DNA from: Malacoraja senta
Taxonomy: Eukaryota
Direction: 5' to 3'
Assembly (NCBI GenBank): GCA_038087875.1
Contig: CM075990.1
Coordinates: 9,860,001 to 9,924,000 of the forward strand
DNA length: 64,000 nt
Shown: piece by piece, positions 62,373-64,000 of the stretch
Layout of the letters: each line of letters starts with the position of its first letter
Position numbering within the stretch: the stretch's first letter is position 1
Program-made: the position numbers and the translations under genes
The notes under the pieces: model-generated
The model's database searches: none
What the model saw: the letters and a program-made list of their open reading frames with translations, nothing else
What the model was told of the DNA's origin: nothing

Positions 62373-62821
62373 GGAAAATATTTTTTATATGAAATGTACA
62401 AGGCCAGTATTTAATTTCCTTGTGAAGGTGGTGATGAACTGGCTTCATGAGCCATTCAAATCTGTGTAAATAAGATTGAAGCATGTTGGGGTAACAATCA
62501 CTTGTTGGGCCAGGGTTGTTATATGTGAGCAGATGACTTTGGGTCTTGACTCACATATATGTCAAACTGGCAGATTTTCATCTCTAAAGAATATTAATAA
62601 ACCAGATGAGTTTATTAATCCAGTGGGTTAGGAATTCAGGTTCTTTACATAAATTAATTTCATGTTACTAGATCATTAATCCAGGTCTCCAGATTACTAG
62701 TCCAGTAATTTAACTACTTTGCTGTTGTACCCAATCATTCTGGAACCTTGTATGCAAACTGGTTGGAATGTTTGCCCAAATATCCGAAGTAATTAATTGA
62801 CAATTGACGACAACAATGCTT

Positions 62822-62883
62822 TTCAATATTCGAAAATGTCAGTATACAGTATATATAGTATACTGACATTTTCGAATATTGAA
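62822..62883. repeat. Perfect 26-bp inverted repeat with 10-nt loop
   Basis: TTCAATATTCGAAAATGTCAGTATAC (62822-62847) / GTATACTGACATTTTCGAATATTGAA (62858-62883). Confidence 0.95.
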
Positions 62884-63183
62884 TTCATTCTTTAACTTGT
62901 ATCAATGCGTTTGGAGTATCAGAGGGTCCCATAATGTCCTGATCCAACCCCAGGTTTCTATTATAGCATAATTAACATTTCTAAAAAAAAATGTTCCTTT
63001 GCTATAATTGAACTACTATATCAGTTACATCAATCTAATTAATTTCATAAGATTTTCTTTGTGTTGGAAGTTCTCTGCCTAGAATTAACATCTTCAGTTG
63101 GAATATTATTTAATTAATATTTGCAGCTTAATTTAATAAAAGGCAGTGTATATACTCTGTTAGAGAGGTATTACAATACATAC

Positions 63184-63308
63184 CCATCAAAAAGTAGGTT
63201 ATGGATGAAAAAATAAGAATTGGAACAATACGATTGGGAATCAGGTCGACTAGAACCTTGGACAGAAAGTATGCTGAAGTCCGATAGTAGCCACTTGCAT
63301 TTTCATGT
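63184..63308 (-). CDS. ABCG2: ABCG2-like coding exon (TM3 region); earlier exons lie beyond the window
   Basis: cag|HENASGYYRTSAYFLSKVLVDLIPNRIVPILIFSSITYFLM|gtatgt; 125 nt, phase 2/1. Confidence 0.94.
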
Positions 63309-64000
63309 CTGATAAAAGAATTAGGATTGAAAACACCAACATTTCAGATTGCGAAAAAATAGCATGGAAATGTTTCAGTCAAAATAATTGTAAATCATTG
63401 TAAATCATAGATTTTCAAAGTAGAAGTGAATGGACGCACAAGGAAGCCCACTCGCCCAAAGTCCACTGTTAACTGTAACTCAACTATTTTACCATTGCAA
63501 TACTATGGATAAATTAATTCCCCAGTGATTTCATTATTTTCATTTAACCAGCTAACACAAGAGATGGCTAAAACCCCAACCCCCCCTTTCCACTTACTCA
63601 TACATGCCTTACCCACCTCCCTAAATATCTTCCATCCACCCCACAGGCAGAAGTCTTAATTTCTATTAAAATAAAATAGTGTTGTGTCACAAGGAAAGAC
63701 ATCATATCCATAGTTTCCTGCAACAAGTTCAATTACATCCGTTTTGAAAATAACAATCAGGAAAAAGTCACCACCTTGCAGAAATATCCCCCGACATCAG
63801 GAAAAACTAGAAATATCGGTTTGAAGAATCCTATTTTCCCATGGATTCTAATTTTTGCAAGAGATGATTTGATTCCTAACATGCTAATCTTAGTCCACAT
63901 GAGTGGTGTAGTTGTTATTTCCAGTGTCAGTTCTTATCGAGAATCTAATTTTTTTTGCCAGCAGGGCTATTGATTTTGGACATTGATTTTTAGTTCATGG

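Noticed and set aside
63590..63680. Minus-strand GTAAGT donor as the next ABCG2-like exon
   Set aside because: The adjacent sequence does not encode the expected TM2 peptide; the upstream exon appears to lie outside the window
1..64000. CRISPR arrays, rRNA, intact tRNA genes or prokaryotic systems
   Set aside because: No regularly spaced repeat-spacer arrays or cloverleaves seen; the B boxes found belong to SINEs; the window is spliced vertebrate DNA

Overview
Vertebrate nuclear DNA. The repeat complement (CR1, L1, Rex1/Babar, Penelope, HE1-like and Deu-type SINEs) suggests a cartilaginous fish, probably a skate or ray (inference). Two genes converge tail-to-tail. On the + strand, 18 GT-AG coding exons of USP54 (3873-49922) splice in register into 1674 codons plus a stop; the first coding exons, including the catalytic Cys box, lie left of the window. 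On the - strand are the last five coding exons of an ABCG2-like transporter (63308-57885). Introns and intergenic DNA hold an L1 interrupted by a Penelope fragment, a near full-length CR1 with two lesions, a Penelope RT/GIY-YIG fragment with a 5' inversion, a composite Harbinger-type foldback element, a TIR element with a 7-bp TSD, and many short Penelope terminal-repeat insertions carrying hammerhead-ribozyme cores. The most notable observations are: the hammerhead motifs and their foldback copies (including one in each 3' UTR); a C-terminal CxxC-x11-CxxC motif in USP54; a candidate antisense exon inside a USP54 intron; a duplicated stop-containing splice acceptor; a structured CR1 3' UTR; a cysteine-free ABCG2 extracellular loop; and a perfect 26-bp hairpin. 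Gene and repeat identities come from manual translation and recalled family sequences, not database searches.
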